A model generated the notes under the pieces. That model did not search any database. It saw nothing but the letters and a program-made list of their open reading frames with translations, and had not been told where the DNA came from. A stretch of DNA of 59,864 nt, filler included, from Diploschistes diacapsis (Eukaryota): NCBI GenBank assembly GCA_023645945.1. It is 4 parts of 4 records of this genome, joined end to end, with 100 filler letters (N's around TTAATTAATTAA, not from the genome) between each part and the next. Parts side by side here need not be neighbours in the genome. Positions count along the whole stretch, not along the records: positions 30,054 to 44,923 come from JALAIB010000581.1; positions 45,024 to 59,864 come from JALAIB010000582.1; 2 more parts are not named here. One strand, given 5' to 3'. A program made the position numbers and the translations under genes. Positions 35,193-46,915 of this stretch are shown piece by piece. Numbering within the stretch: the stretch's first letter is position 1; the number at the start of each line of letters is the position of its first letter.

Positions 35193-37144
35193 ATGGCAGA
35201 CGGTCCTGGATCTGGCTCAGCAGGAGGCGGAGGCTCCCACCCTCAAGCCGCACCAAGTGCAGAAATGGTCGTAACAGAAGGCTCCGCCCCACCATCCAAG
35301 AGTGCCGTGAAGGATGCGCAGGAAAAAAAGGACGACGGCTCTGGATCCAGCGCCGCAGCAGGTGGAGGCTCTCATCCCCAAGCGGCGCCAGGTGCAGAGA
35401 TGGCTGTAACAGAAGGCTCCGCCCCACCATCCAAGGGCGCCCTGAAGAAAGCGCAGAAAGAGAAAGAAAAGGCCGAAAAAGCTGCAAAGCGTGCTCAGGA
35501 GGAGCGCAAGCAGAAAGAGGCTGCCGCTGCAAATGACACGGCTAAGGGTCTCTACGGAAAGTTCGAGGGAGGACTCGTGCCCAAGGAAGAGAGGGGCGAG
35601 GTTGTCGAGCTCGTTAACTTGAAGGAGGATATGGTCGGTAAGCAAGTCACTGTTGAGGCACGCGTCCACAATGCCCGCGGCCAGTCGGCCAAGCTTGCGT
35701 TTCTTGACCTTAGAGAGGAGTTGGAAAATATACAGGCCGTTGTCGCGGAAACAGTGCTTTCAGAAGACCAAAAAGGTAAAACTACCGCTGTCTCGCGGCA
35801 CATGGTCAAATGGTGTGGAGGGCTGAGTCGAGAGTCGATCGTCTACGTGACTGGACTACTGCAGAAGCCCTTCGAACCGGTTCACTCTGCCTCGATCGCG
35901 AACCTGGAATTACACGTTCAGAAGTGCTTCGTTATAGCCGAAGGCCCCGAGAGGCTCGCGATGCAGGTTGTGGACGCAATGAAACCGCCGCCAGCAGGAG
36001 AAGAGGCCGGAGAGACTGACGAAAAGGGGGCGCCTCAAGTAACGCTCAGTACGAGGCTGGACAACCGCGTTATCGATCTCAGGACGCCGCTCAACATGGC
36101 TATCTTCGAGATCAACGGCAAGATCAAGGAGCTGTTCCGCGAGTTTATGCACGCAAACGGCTTCAAGGAGTTCGAGACCCCGAAAGTGCTTGGAGCGGCA
36201 ACCGAGGGTGGTGCCAACGTTTTCGAGGTCAAGTACTTCGACAAGTTGGCCTACCTGGGCCAAAGCCCGCAATTCTATAAGCAGATGCTAATCGCAGCCG
36301 GGCGCAAGCGGGTATACGAAGTTGGCCCTGTGTTTAGGGCGGAGAACAGCAATACACCAAGGCATCTAACAGAGGTACATACTATTTAGGTCACTGTTTT
36401 ACTCGCCCGCTAACCTCCAAGTTCACTGGCCTCGACTTCGAAATGCGCATAACCGAATCCTGGGAAGAAGTCGTCGACACAGCCGAGAAAATGATCCTCT
36501 ACATCTTCTCGCGCCTCCCCCAGCAATGTCCCCGAGAGATGGAAGTCATCAAGCGCGCCTACCCCGAAGCCGGCAACTTCAAACTGCCCTCCGGCAAAGC
36601 CCCGCGCATCACCTTCGCCGAGGGCATCAAGATGCTCTGCGACGCCGGCCACGAGGCCTCCGAGAGCGAAGACATCAGGTTCCTTCCCCCTCCCCAACCC
36701 CATCCCTCCACCAGCAACTAACCCCCCCGCAGCACAACCAACGAAAAAGCCCTCGGCCGCCTGATCCTCCAGAAGCACCAGTCCGACTTCTACACAATGA
36801 CGCACTACCCCGTCTCCGCGCGGCCCTTCTACACCCACCTGACGCCCGAGGCGCCGCACCTCACAAACTCCTACGACGCCTTCATGCGCGGGCAGGAGAT
36901 CGTGTCGGGCGCGCAGCGCGTGCACGAGCCCGACGCGCTGGCGCAGCGCATGCGGACGATGCAGCCGCCGCTGGACCCGCAGAGCGAGGGGTTCCGGCAC
37001 TACGTGGAGGCGTTTCGGAACGGGTGCGCGCCGCACGGCGGCGCCGGGTTCGGCCTGAATCGGCTGACGATGCTGTACCTCGGCCTGCCGAACGTGAGGC
37101 AGGCGACGCTGTTTCCGAGGGATCCGGTTCGGTTGGTGCCGTGA
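35193..37144 (+). CDS. DPS1: Cytoplasmic aspartyl-tRNA synthetase (3 exons)
   Basis: ARVHNARGQSAKLAFL, RLDNRVIDLRT, GAATEGGANVF, LGQSPQFYKQ, FRAENSNTPRHLTEF, SGAQRVH and LFPRDP. Introns at 36375-36421 and 36679-36732. Confidence 0.96.
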
Positions 37145-37169
37145 GCGCGCTTCCGTGGATGGCGGAGAG

Positions 37170-37199
37170 CGGATGGGATGGGATGGGATGGGATGGGAT
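37170..37199 (+). repeat. (GGGAT)n tandem repeat, G-quadruplex-compatible
   Basis: Five GGG runs with 2-nt loops just downstream of the DPS1 stop. Confidence 0.85.
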
Positions 37200-37568
37200 A
37201 TTGGCGTCTTGAGGTGAGGCAATTTCAAACTGGGATCGGAGCAGGGCTCGGGTTCTAGTCAAGGTCGGTGTCGGGGTTGAGATGCGCCTCTCAATGCCAT
37301 CGTTAGAGGCGCGCTCCCGGAAACCTGAAGAGGCAGGGACACGGGACATGGGCCGTGGCGTCTTCGACGTCGTCCACTATCATCTCGATCAACAAAATAC
37401 ATGGAAGTGCGAGCACCGACGGAGCCCCTTCCTGATGCTCTGATTGTACCATATGCTATATGCTGTAACCTTTCCAAATACCATCCTTGGCATTTCGCCC
37501 ATCCGTAGCTGACCAACGCCTTTCTCGAAGAACCCGTCTGTTCCCACCACTCGGTTTCCCCCCCTTCC

Positions 37569-39269
37569 CTACCGCCCAACAACCCTCTTCTCCACCGTCC
37601 TCGCAAGCCCATAAACAACAATCGTAATCGCCGCGCTCAGATAGATGCCCACGTCCCCTCCGTCCGGCCCAATCATGCTCGCAATCGGCCCAATGTACCA
37701 CGTCTGGCTCATGCCCGTCACGCCGCCCGCCAGATACCCCGCCAACAGTGCCGTCACCGCCGCCGCGCCCAGCGGCAGCATCCCCGGCTGGTCCCAAGCC
37801 GCCAGATTGTACCCTTCCCTCCTGCGGAAAAGCTTATCCTCCAGCAACAAGATCATGGTGAAGGAGACGGTCCAGTACCCTAGCAGCGAGACAAAGTCGT
37901 CGACGACGTTGGACAGGTTCTGCTGGCCCGCGATGGCGAGCACGGCGACGACGATGGCGAATATAAAAGACCAGACGAAGCGCGGGACGGCGTGGAAGTA
38001 GTGGCCCAGCAGCTGCAGGGAGAGGCCGGAGGAGTAGTTGATGGCGATGTTGTTGCCCAGGACGCTGAAGGTGAGCAGGACGAGGCTGAACTTGCTCCAT
38101 CCCACCGGGTGGTACAGGCTGGAGATGAGGCCGCCGAGGCCGTGGTCGTTGTAGGCGTCGGCGAACGGCTCGACGGCGCTGCTGATGGCGATGTTGCCGA
38201 GGCAGGCGCCGATCACGATGGACCAGGTGGTCGGCAGGACGATGCCCGCGAGGGTGAGGCTGAAGACTTTCCAGCTCGGGGTGCTGGCGGGGAAGTTGCA
38301 ATAGTAGTCGCCGGCGATGGAGCACCAGCCCGAGGCGTTGGAGAAGTTGATGGCGAGGATGGTCAGGAAGGTGCCCGCGAAGCCGAGCCCCGAGGTGCCG
38401 TCGAGGCCGGGAATGGAAGGGTCGACATAGGGCGCGGCCTGGCCCATGAGGACGGCCATGAGGATGAAGGTGACGATCCACGAGTATTTCTCGTAGGTGT
38501 GGATCAGCTTGAAGCCGAAGATGGAGATGACATAGGACAGGATGGCGACGATGATGATGCCGACAGTGATGGACATGGTGTAATCGGAGACGGCGGAAAG
38601 GAGCTGGCCGACGACGACGAGGTTGACCACGTAGAAACCTCCGCCGACGACAATGTTGAGGATGGAACAAAGCTTGGCGCCCCAGAAGCCGAAGGAGTAG
38701 CGGGAGCAAGCGATTTGACGAAGACCGAGCTGTAGGGGAGAGACGGATTAGCCATGCCACCGAATCGCAACCACAGTGCACATAGAGAGCGTGCTCGAGT
38801 CCTCCCGAGTTCTCACCTTTGGTGCCAGTGTGCCCGTAAATGACGTGCAGCACGCGCCAAGGATTATGCCAGCAACACTCGCAGCAACCGTTTGCTGTAA
38901 CGACAAGCCGAATTGCGGCCCCAAGAGACCCAGCGGAATGACACCAACATGCACGTTGAGGCTCCACCAGATCAGAAAGATATTCCACGTGCTCGGCGGC
39001 TGCTTTTCCTCCTCCGGGATGCGGTCGACGCCCTGCAATTCGATACCGAGCTTCGAATCGAGCCATTCTTCAATCCGCCGCAGGCTGTGCAAGAAACCGA
39101 AGTTCTCCTGGATTTCGCGCGTGCGCCGAATCTCGTCAAACAAGCCGGTGCCGACATTGGACTCGTACGCGGGGACCGCGGATTCGATGTCGCGTGACTT
39201 CTCGTTCGGATAGAGATCGGGACTGTCGCCGCTGCGGTTGCGTTTCTCGGTGTCAAACTTGGAGGCCAT
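37569..39269 (-). CDS. NCS1-family purine-cytosine permease (Fcy2/Tpn1-like; 2 exons)
   Basis: GIELQGVDRIP, WWSLN, LGPQFGLS, GLRQIACSRYSFGFWG, IHTYEKY, AGDYYC, NNIAINYS and LLGYW, with many TM segments. Intron at about 38730-38816. Confidence 0.92.
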
Positions 39270-42200
39270 GGCTCGAGAGGGGCTTGCCACTGTGCGCTAC
39301 ACTGGGTTCCTGCGGGGATATCAATTGGCCTGCGCGACACTTTCACGAGCAGCAGCGACCGAAAGATACACGAAAATTCGACAGGAAAAAAAACGAAGTA
39401 CGACCCCGGCAGGGAAACGATCCTTGTTAAGAGGGAGGGAGCATGGTGGGAGTGCAGAATTGGCCCAGCATCCAAATCCCTATCTTTTTGCGGAACATAA
39501 GTGACACAGGTCATTGGATATTTGGATGGTGATAAGGGAGACACGGCCGTAACTTTAGGGGTCCACGTCCGTCTAGGTTAGTAGGATAGCCTGAAACGGG
39601 CTAGAAGCTTTGGTGAAGGCTCGGAGATGCTGGGCTGGCCATTCAGCTTGCTCGTCACTTTGCTTGGCTCCATTTGGGTTGATTCGATGCCAATCCAGAT
39701 AGCCAATTGGAGGGGATTCGCGTGCATTTCTCGCGTGGTCGCAGGGCCAGGCTCGTGTGCGAGCTGCGAGATTAGAGGCGCGCCATAGCGTGCCCAGAGA
39801 TACGGAAGCTAAACAAAGATAACAACCTTCACTGGCTCTCAAATTGCATGTCATGTGTCTCGTAGAGGTGCTTCGTTTCAAACAACACAGAGCAAACCGG
39901 GCTGGAATAAAGAAGATATATAAGGTAGGAAGCTCAGTTGCTTCCCAAATATGCTCGCGATCGTGGAGCATCCGAATGTATCATACAAGTTGGGCATGGA
40001 TTATCAGCCTGGTGTGAGCAAACGCACTTGGCCTGTCCCTCTCGAGTTGTTTAACGTTCATCGATCTAATCATGGATGTTTTCTCAGGGTGCTGCCATCG
40101 GGAAGACAAAACGCTTGGCCTTTCGCAAGGTATTCGACATTTTCATACATCACACACATCCCTGGTCCACGACGTGGGTTTGTGATACTTGCTCGATGTC
40201 CGTCTATTTCCAATTCAAAATGTGGATCAAGCACCTGTCGGCGGTAGCAGAAATGCACCGGTTGCTTGACAAGCCTGCCCACCCTTGTGGAAAAGGGAAC
40301 CACGATACCTGGTAGAGTAGCGAACCTTTAACCCAAATCATGTTGTTTATCTTAAAATGCCTCTATCATGACGCCCTGTTCGATTCCTATAGAAATCGAA
40401 TTGGTAAGTTGTTGGTTTCGAAAGTAACTCAAAACTCTCCCCTCCCAATTTTATTGTGTCCGATTATTATTGCAGCTGGTGCCTCGATCCTTGGGGCATC
40501 ACTCGGCTCTTAAATTGTCTTGGGCCTTTCCATCCTAGATTTCTCGAGTACCACTGACTTGAAGTCGCTCGACCTATGGGGCAATGTGGCATGCGTAACA
40601 GACACTGTGGCTCTCGGCATGTTGTGCATGTTCCGAGATCTGCACATCTTCGGGGCATTCGACCATCTGAGCCGAGTTCTGAACGATAGTCGAGATAAGA
40701 CCGGTGAGGTGAGGCTGAGCCAATCAGTATGAAAGGGGCCCGCGACCCTCCTCCCATGATCGGAACTCAAACTTGGTGCAACCATAATATGAGCCGAGCA
40801 CTGGACGAAATACTCGAGATATGGAGTGTGTACTTTCCTGCAGCATTGACGGTGGTGATCTTGCATCTTGAATGTCGCGAGCTGTCCGTGCGTTGCATAA
40901 GACTGCAGACAGCCGTATCAATCCGTACTAGTACCAGAAATCAAGGTACCTTGTTCCAATAAGACACTGATGTATAGAGATGCGAGTGGGCTACTCTGCA
41001 TCGAAGGTACTGTTCCCTATGTCCTCCAACAGTGTCTTCAAGCAAAGTGGAATGTATCAAAAAAATCTTAAACTGCTAAAGTAAGGGGAAACCTTACTAG
41101 AGAGAAGGAAATCCAGGGGATGAGTGCGGTGATCCACGTGACTCACCATCATGGGCGTTCTGGAGTCGGATCGGGTTTCTTCTACACGTACTTCATATCC
41201 TACCTGGGCACCTAGCAATATGTTTTTTAACTTCTTCGGTTATGCCGCTCCTAATGCGTCCAGATCTGGGTGTAAAAGTCACAGGACACTGACGGTGTAT
41301 CTGCCAGCTATATGCCAAGCCCTCCTCTCGTTCACTAATTGCTCTTCTCCGGAGTTACTGTACAATTGGAACATGTCAGTCTCGAGCACATCGAAACCGG
41401 TTGCCTAATATGACAAGGAGACCGAGGTTAGCGTCCGACCACCCCATACGATGTTCTCCCGTCAGGAATCCCACTGGTAGGTTGGTAAGCCTACATCAGC
41501 GGAATCCCCATCAATAACATTTCGATGGTTACTGGCTAGCAGCTGTCACAGCTTGATGACATGCCTTACTGCGCCGCGCTAGAGCTCTCCTACACCGCTG
41601 CCCCTTGCCATCATCTCCAAAGCGTTTTCCTATATCAGCAGCACCTTAACAATGAATCCTAACCTTGCCTCGAGAGTGGCGCGGAATACTTCGATTTGTT
41701 TGTCTCCCTTTCGGGTTCGTTTGCCCTCATGCGGGAAATGCTAGGTTTTTTGGGTGAGAAAGTAGGGTTGAGGCGCTGCCACCGGAGAAGGTATAGGGCA
41801 GGACGTCAAAGAGGCGGCCTGCCCGATCAAAAGCAAAGATCGAACATTAGAATTGTCCAGCCTTTTGCGTCTTAATCGTCCTCCGGGGCGTCCCCTTGGC
41901 AGTTTGACGGCTGAAATTGACATATAAGCCCCATGGTGACATTCGGTTAGGATTACCCTCACAACGGAAAGGGCTTGTACGCCAGCATTTCCCTCTTAGG
42001 ACTTAACCTCTCATTGCCTGGTCGCCATATTAGATAGCTTTAATGAACTGAGAATTGCGCTACTGCTCCATTCTGACCTTCCCAATACTTGGGCAACAGA
42101 AATTCGATTGCCGCGAGGCGAGGGCATTGATCACTCTCTGTCCGCTGTACCGCCGTGGTGTCCCGTAATGTAAGGCCTGGTTTGACGGAGATAACTTGCC

Positions 42201-43738
42201 ATCAAACCTGTGCACCAACCACTGCGTTCCCGATACCAATGAGGGTTTCCTATGCCATGGCACATGAAGCGCTAGCGGGTACACTTCCCGAGAAGATTCG
42301 GTTCAATCCGACGTCCTTGTAGATGGAACATCGAAAGGCGCTACCGTGTATTGATAAATTTGCATATTGTATCATGTTATCGCCAGCCTCTTCATTTGAT
42401 AGCCTCATTTTCTCAACCGACGATGCTCGAATGCTGTATAGTATTTGCTTGCTGCAGCAGTCGAAAATAACTTTCTTTGTAATTGCAACTGTGCCTCTGC
42501 CGCGCGAGTCTTGTAAGATGCTGGCGAGAGTCTTGCCTCTGTGGCATACGAGTGGTCCACGGCTGACTCTTAAGACTTTTCGCCCTCTGTTTCACAAAGT
42601 CATACAAGCAAGAGAACGCATATTCGCTCTGATCCAGCATGCCTTACCCCCATAATCCAAATTACTGTAACGCATAGTATACGTGGCTCGGGCTCGATCC
42701 AATCAGCTCCACTCGGTGTCACGGCATTCTTCGTGGTGGACTAACCTCGTCTCAAGTAAGCAAAAAAAGCATTTTCTCGATTTAGCAGCTGCAGAAGGAG
42801 AGCAAGAACAAGCGGTGTCTGGCTTTGGGGTTCTCAACTTGATGTGCAGGGTCGGCGGCAGGGCAGGGTTCGAAAGGTTAAAGAAGGTAGGGGAGGAGGA
42901 AAGTTTTACATGGACTGGGACTGGGACTGGACTGGGACGGACAGAGTTTGTGAAGAGCAGCAAACCAAACGGGCCTAGACTGCCCCCGCTTGTTCGAATG
43001 ACAGTTGAGACTAGTTCTTCTTAGGAAAACGCAGACGCAATTCTCTATCTCTCTAATCTCTCTCTCTCTCTCACTCACTCTCTCCTCTTCTTCTTTTACC
43101 AAACCACCACGATTTGTGGACGCTGTTGGTAATGGCTAATGGGCAACGCTCCCGGTTGCTGCCGTGCATGCACCTGTATGCCATATACCTGTCCCGCAGA
43201 TGCAGACTCGAGGCAGCCCGACCGCCGGAGGTTCAACATCTTAACGCCTCGTGCGCTGGCTTTTTCGTCTCCCAAAAGTGAGACGCTTTACCCCATACGT
43301 TAAATGCTCACCAAAGGAGATTCCGTTGCTTCATTTTAGATGAGCAAGGAGCTGCCGTGAGCTCTACCCCTTATAAGAATGAAGGTAGGAGGTCGTACTT
43401 TTCCTCTATTGCATCTGCTCTCGACTCAACCCTTAACAGCCCTTTCCTCCTATCATTTCTACGAGACATAAAAAATTCTCATTCATCAAACACTCATCAG
43501 GCAAACTATTCTCAAGTGAGGATTCAAGCAATCATCTTTTTCAGGTGCAACTACTTTCCATTTCCAAGCCAAGCAACGAGATCAGTTATACTATCAGCCA
43601 ACCATCAAACAAAGCCACCCCCTGTGACATACCATCCTTGTTTGCTGTATCCAATCACCACCGATTAGTCAGAAAAAATCGAACATCCAGCTCCTCAGCT
43701 CCTCATCTGTTGAAATCTCGGCTCTCCCCGCCGCCGTC

Positions 43739-44161
43739 ATGCCTCTTTGGCGCATCTACCACCCCGACAACTACTTCACCGCCTCGGAAAAGTCCACCCT
43801 CGCCCGCAGCATCACTACCCTTTACACCCACCTCCTTCCGGCCTTTTACGTCGAAGTCCTCTTCATCCCCATGCCGGCCTCGTCAATGTACGTCGGCGGC
43901 GAGCAGCGCACCGACTACGTCCGCCTCGTAGGGGAGCACATTGCACGCAACTTCGACGGAGACAAGGAACGCATGCTGAAGATGATGCAGCGCGTCACGG
44001 CCGCTGTAGGGCCGGTCATGAAGGACAAGGGCGCGCACTGGGAGGCTCATATCGATCAGACACCGTACGAACTGTGGACCATTGGGGGCATGCAGCCGCC
44101 GCAGCCTGGGAGCGACGCGGAGAAGCTGTGGAAGAAGGAGAATAGGGCCGTGCCTTACTGA
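43739..44161 (+). CDS. Tautomerase superfamily protein (cis-CaaD-like / putative oxalocrotonate tautomerase)
   Basis: N-terminal M-P (catalytic Pro1), LPAFYVEVLF, EHIARNF, WEAHID and LWTIGGMQPP...EKLW. Confidence 0.88.
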   Translation: MPLWRIYHPDNYFTASEKSTLARSITTLYTHLLPAFYVEVLFIPMPASSMYVGGEQRTDYVRLVGEHIARNFDGDKERMLKMMQRVTAAVGPVMKDKGAHWEAHIDQTPYELWTIGGMQPPQPGSDAEKLWKKENRAVPY

Positions 44162-44806
44162 TGGCGGCTCTTTCCGAAGCGCCGTCTTTCACTTGGTCAC
44201 GCAGGGAAGCTTTGCTCTCTCCTACAGGCTAGCGGGTATCCGCTATTGGCGATACTCCTGCAAGGCTTCTATCCACCTTTCTCGGCGGTTGCCTCTTCTT
44301 TCTTGTCAAGTATGTCTCCAGTTTGCATGGCATGGTATCTGCATCTTTTAGCAGCGAGCGAGGGTACACTGAGCGGGGGGTTGCACAAGATTCCCCCAAG
44401 GCGTTGTTGGTTTGCTGGTAACGACTCACGACAGCTAGGTGAATGTGGTGGGGATTTGCATCGGGCTTATCTTGTATCTTAGCTAGGCTGGTGGCAGCGG
44501 CTATTTAAGGGTCTTCCACAGATTGACCGCTTTTTCCCATGTTTCTTTGACGCCATGGGTGAGCGGGTAGCTAGCAACTTCTGTTCTGGGCTATCAGCAC
44601 ACATCAATGATATACTACCCAGTGAATGCTACAAAAGTGGTAGTGAAGCTGGTCTACATGTGCATCCACACCCAGATTCCAGATTCCAAACTCAGAACAC
44701 AGCCTCGCCGCCCCTGCCCTTCCCGCTGATCCCATCCCCTTTCCCTCTTTCCCATTCAACCTTGTCGTCTACCCCTTATCTCGCCTCCTACGCTCCTAAT
44801 CATCCC

Positions 44807-44902
44807 TCCCATTCCCATTCCCATTCCCATTCCCATTCCCATTCCCATTCCCATTCCCATTCCCATTCCCATTCCCATTCCCATTCCCATTCCCATTCCC
44901 AT
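44807..44902. repeat. (TCCCAT)16 hexanucleotide repeat at the contig end
   Basis: Perfect tandem array just before the linker. Confidence 0.97.
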
Positions 44903-44923
44903 GCCCAGTCCCAGTCCCCTTCC

Positions 44924-45023
44924 NNNNNNNNNNNNNNNNNNNNNNNNNNNNNNNNNNNNNNNNNNNNTTAATTAATTAANNNNNNNNNNNNNNNNNNNNN
45001 NNNNNNNNNNNNNNNNNNNNNNN
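44924..45023. other. Artificial contig linker
   Basis: N44-TTAATTAATTAA-N44. Confidence 0.98.
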
Positions 45024-45025
45024 CC

Positions 45026-46147
45026 ACCTTCCCCAGCAACGTCCCCGCAATCCAAACACCTGCAGTCCCAACTACCTCTTCCCCCGTCCCGATCAACCTC
45101 GCCGGCGTTTCCCAGTCCGTCGCCGACCTCGAGAACGCTATCAGCGAGGTTATCGCCTCCATCCTTGCCCTCTTCGGCCTCGGAAGCCCCTACGCCACAC
45201 CCACCCTACCACTCGCGCCACCCGTCTCACAGGCTACCCCGCTGGGCAGTCCCGCCGTGCCGGTCCCGCTGGGCATAAGCACCATACAGCCGCCGCAACC
45301 ACCGAAAGCAACTAGCCTTCCCGCTGCTGGTAGTGGTGCTGCCGGTGCCCCGCAGCCTTCCGCCTCCGCGGGCGCGAGCGCGAGCGCGGGCGCTTCCGTC
45401 GCGGCGGCCGCTGCCCCCACCTCTGCTGGTCGTGGTCCAAGCACAGCTCCAAGCGCAGGTCCGATCCCGAGTCCAGGCTTTTTCAGCGGCGGTGGTATCA
45501 TTCCGCCTCTGCCATCTGTGCCTATGCCCGAGCCTGCGACGTCACTGGTCCCGGTACCGACGTTGGGCCCGAATGGAGCGCTGGGGATCGCGACGACGCT
45601 CCTGACCAGCACGACGACGAGGATCACGCAGGTTGTTTCGCCGTTGCCGGGGGCGTTGTCGGCGGCGGCGGCGGCGGCGTCTCAGTTGACATCTGCGACT
45701 AAGGGGGTAGCAGTGCCGACCCCTGGGCTCCCAGCCTCCGTACCGTTGGCCGCGGAACCGTCGCCATCTGTTTCCGCTGGTGCCTCTGCGAGCGTGACGG
45801 CGACGGCGACGGTGGTGGCTGCTGGTATTGTGCCGTCGCCGATTGATGTGCGGGCTAGAGAGGTGGATGGTGATGAGAATGTGGAGATGATGAGGACGTT
45901 GCTGGATGCTTTGAGGGTGGTGCGGGTGGAGCAAGGTGAGGATGGAGAGGAGCAAGTGCGAGGACGAGGGGAAAGTGCGGAGCAGGAGCAGGAGAGGGTG
46001 GTGGAGGGAGGGGAAAAGATGGAGTTGCAGGGCGGAGAGAAGAGGGGAGTGGGAGAAGCCGACCAAGAAGGAAGGAGTGAAGATGAGGAGAATATGGAGG
46101 CGAGGGAGGGGATGGGGGAGAAAAGGAGTTTGGAGGAGAGCGTTTGA
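45026..46147 (+). CDS. 5'-truncated Ala/Pro/Ser/Thr-rich protein with an acidic C-terminal tail
   Basis: The frame is open from the contig start (TFPSNVPAIQ...DLENAISEVIASILALFGLG) to the stop at 46147. Low complexity. Confidence 0.6.
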   Translation, partial: TFPSNVPAIQTPAVPTTSSPVPINLAGVSQSVADLENAISEVIASILALFGLGSPYATPTLPLAPPVSQATPLGSPAVPVPLGISTIQPPQPPKATSLPAAGSGAAGAPQPSASAGASASAGASVAAAAAPTSAGRGPSTAPSAGPIPSPGFFSGGGIIPPLPSVPMPEPATSLVPVPTLGPNGALGIATTLLTSTTTRITQVVSPLPGALSAAAAAASQLTSATKGVAVPTPGLPASVPLAAEPSPSVSAGASASVTATATVVAAGIVPSPIDVRAREVDGDENVEMMRTLLDALRVVRVEQGEDGEEQVRGRGESAEQEQERVVEGGEKMELQGGEKRGVGEADQEGRSEDEENMEAREGMGEKRSLEESV

Positions 46148-46915
46148 AGTGGGGAGGAGAGGAGAGATGGCTGGTAGGGAGGATGAATGGTGGGAGCTAA
46201 TGTTGGACGTGATGTGGCACGATATTGGGAGGAATAAGGTTTGGTGGATTTGTTTGGTTGTTGTGGCTGCTGGAGTGTGGATTGGGTGGGTGGCTAGGAT
46301 GATGGGCGCTGTTTGATGGAGGAGATAGCGCTGGGATGGGTTCTGGGGTGGAATATCTTTGATTTAGAATGAGAGATGTATGCGTCTTGGGTGTTATTGT
46401 TGACTTATGACATCAAAGTCAAGCGACAGTGTAATATCCGCAATAGGCTTTTTTGTCGGTCCAGAGACAATCTACTTTGGAAGGATCGACGGAGTTGACC
46501 CTTTAGCACCCATAGAGCCAAAGTTGTAGGTGTTAACGTGAAAGTATCACTATGTGTCTGACAGGCTGCACGCAAGCTCTTGGTATTAGCCTAAATAATT
46601 AATCATCCAGACCAGTTGAAGCCTACAGAAGTAGAATATTAAGCGCCGGCGACAAATTTGGTAGAAGTACTTCCTTAAGCTTGATTTTCGGGCTTTAGAG
46701 GGTACAACCTATCGGACAATAGGAATTTTTGGACTAGACATCTGCATAGGCATCAAGATTATTCGAATTGATCAATTAATCAGTGTCTGAGGAGCTTTAC
46801 GAGTTATCCTCGGCGCGAGCATTTACCAGCCAAAGAAAGCTGGAGAACCTCAGCAGGAGCATACTCTCAGCATGAGCATTTGACGGCTATAAGAGCCTGA
46901 AGCACGCCAGTCCTT

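Noticed and set aside
35193..37560. AspRS as an ErdS-type AspRS-DUF2156 fusion
   Set aside because: The ORF ends at the normal FPRDP..L.P stop and no downstream domain is encoded before the convergent permease.
37834..39066. Long alternative-frame or antisense ORFs (also 58355-59473, 21859-22554, 24374-25114, 36410-37228)
   Set aside because: They are shadows of GC3-rich real genes, with low-complexity translations and no recognisable motifs.
39270..39960. TPP riboswitch upstream of the NCS1 permease (also checked near TenA)
   Set aside because: I could not find the CTGAGA...ATACC...TGATC..GATAATACCAGCG core by eye. An Infernal scan would be definitive.
44807..44902. Telomere or a His-Ser repeat protein
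   Set aside because: The unit is CCCATT rather than CCCTAA, and the ORF is just the translated microsatellite.
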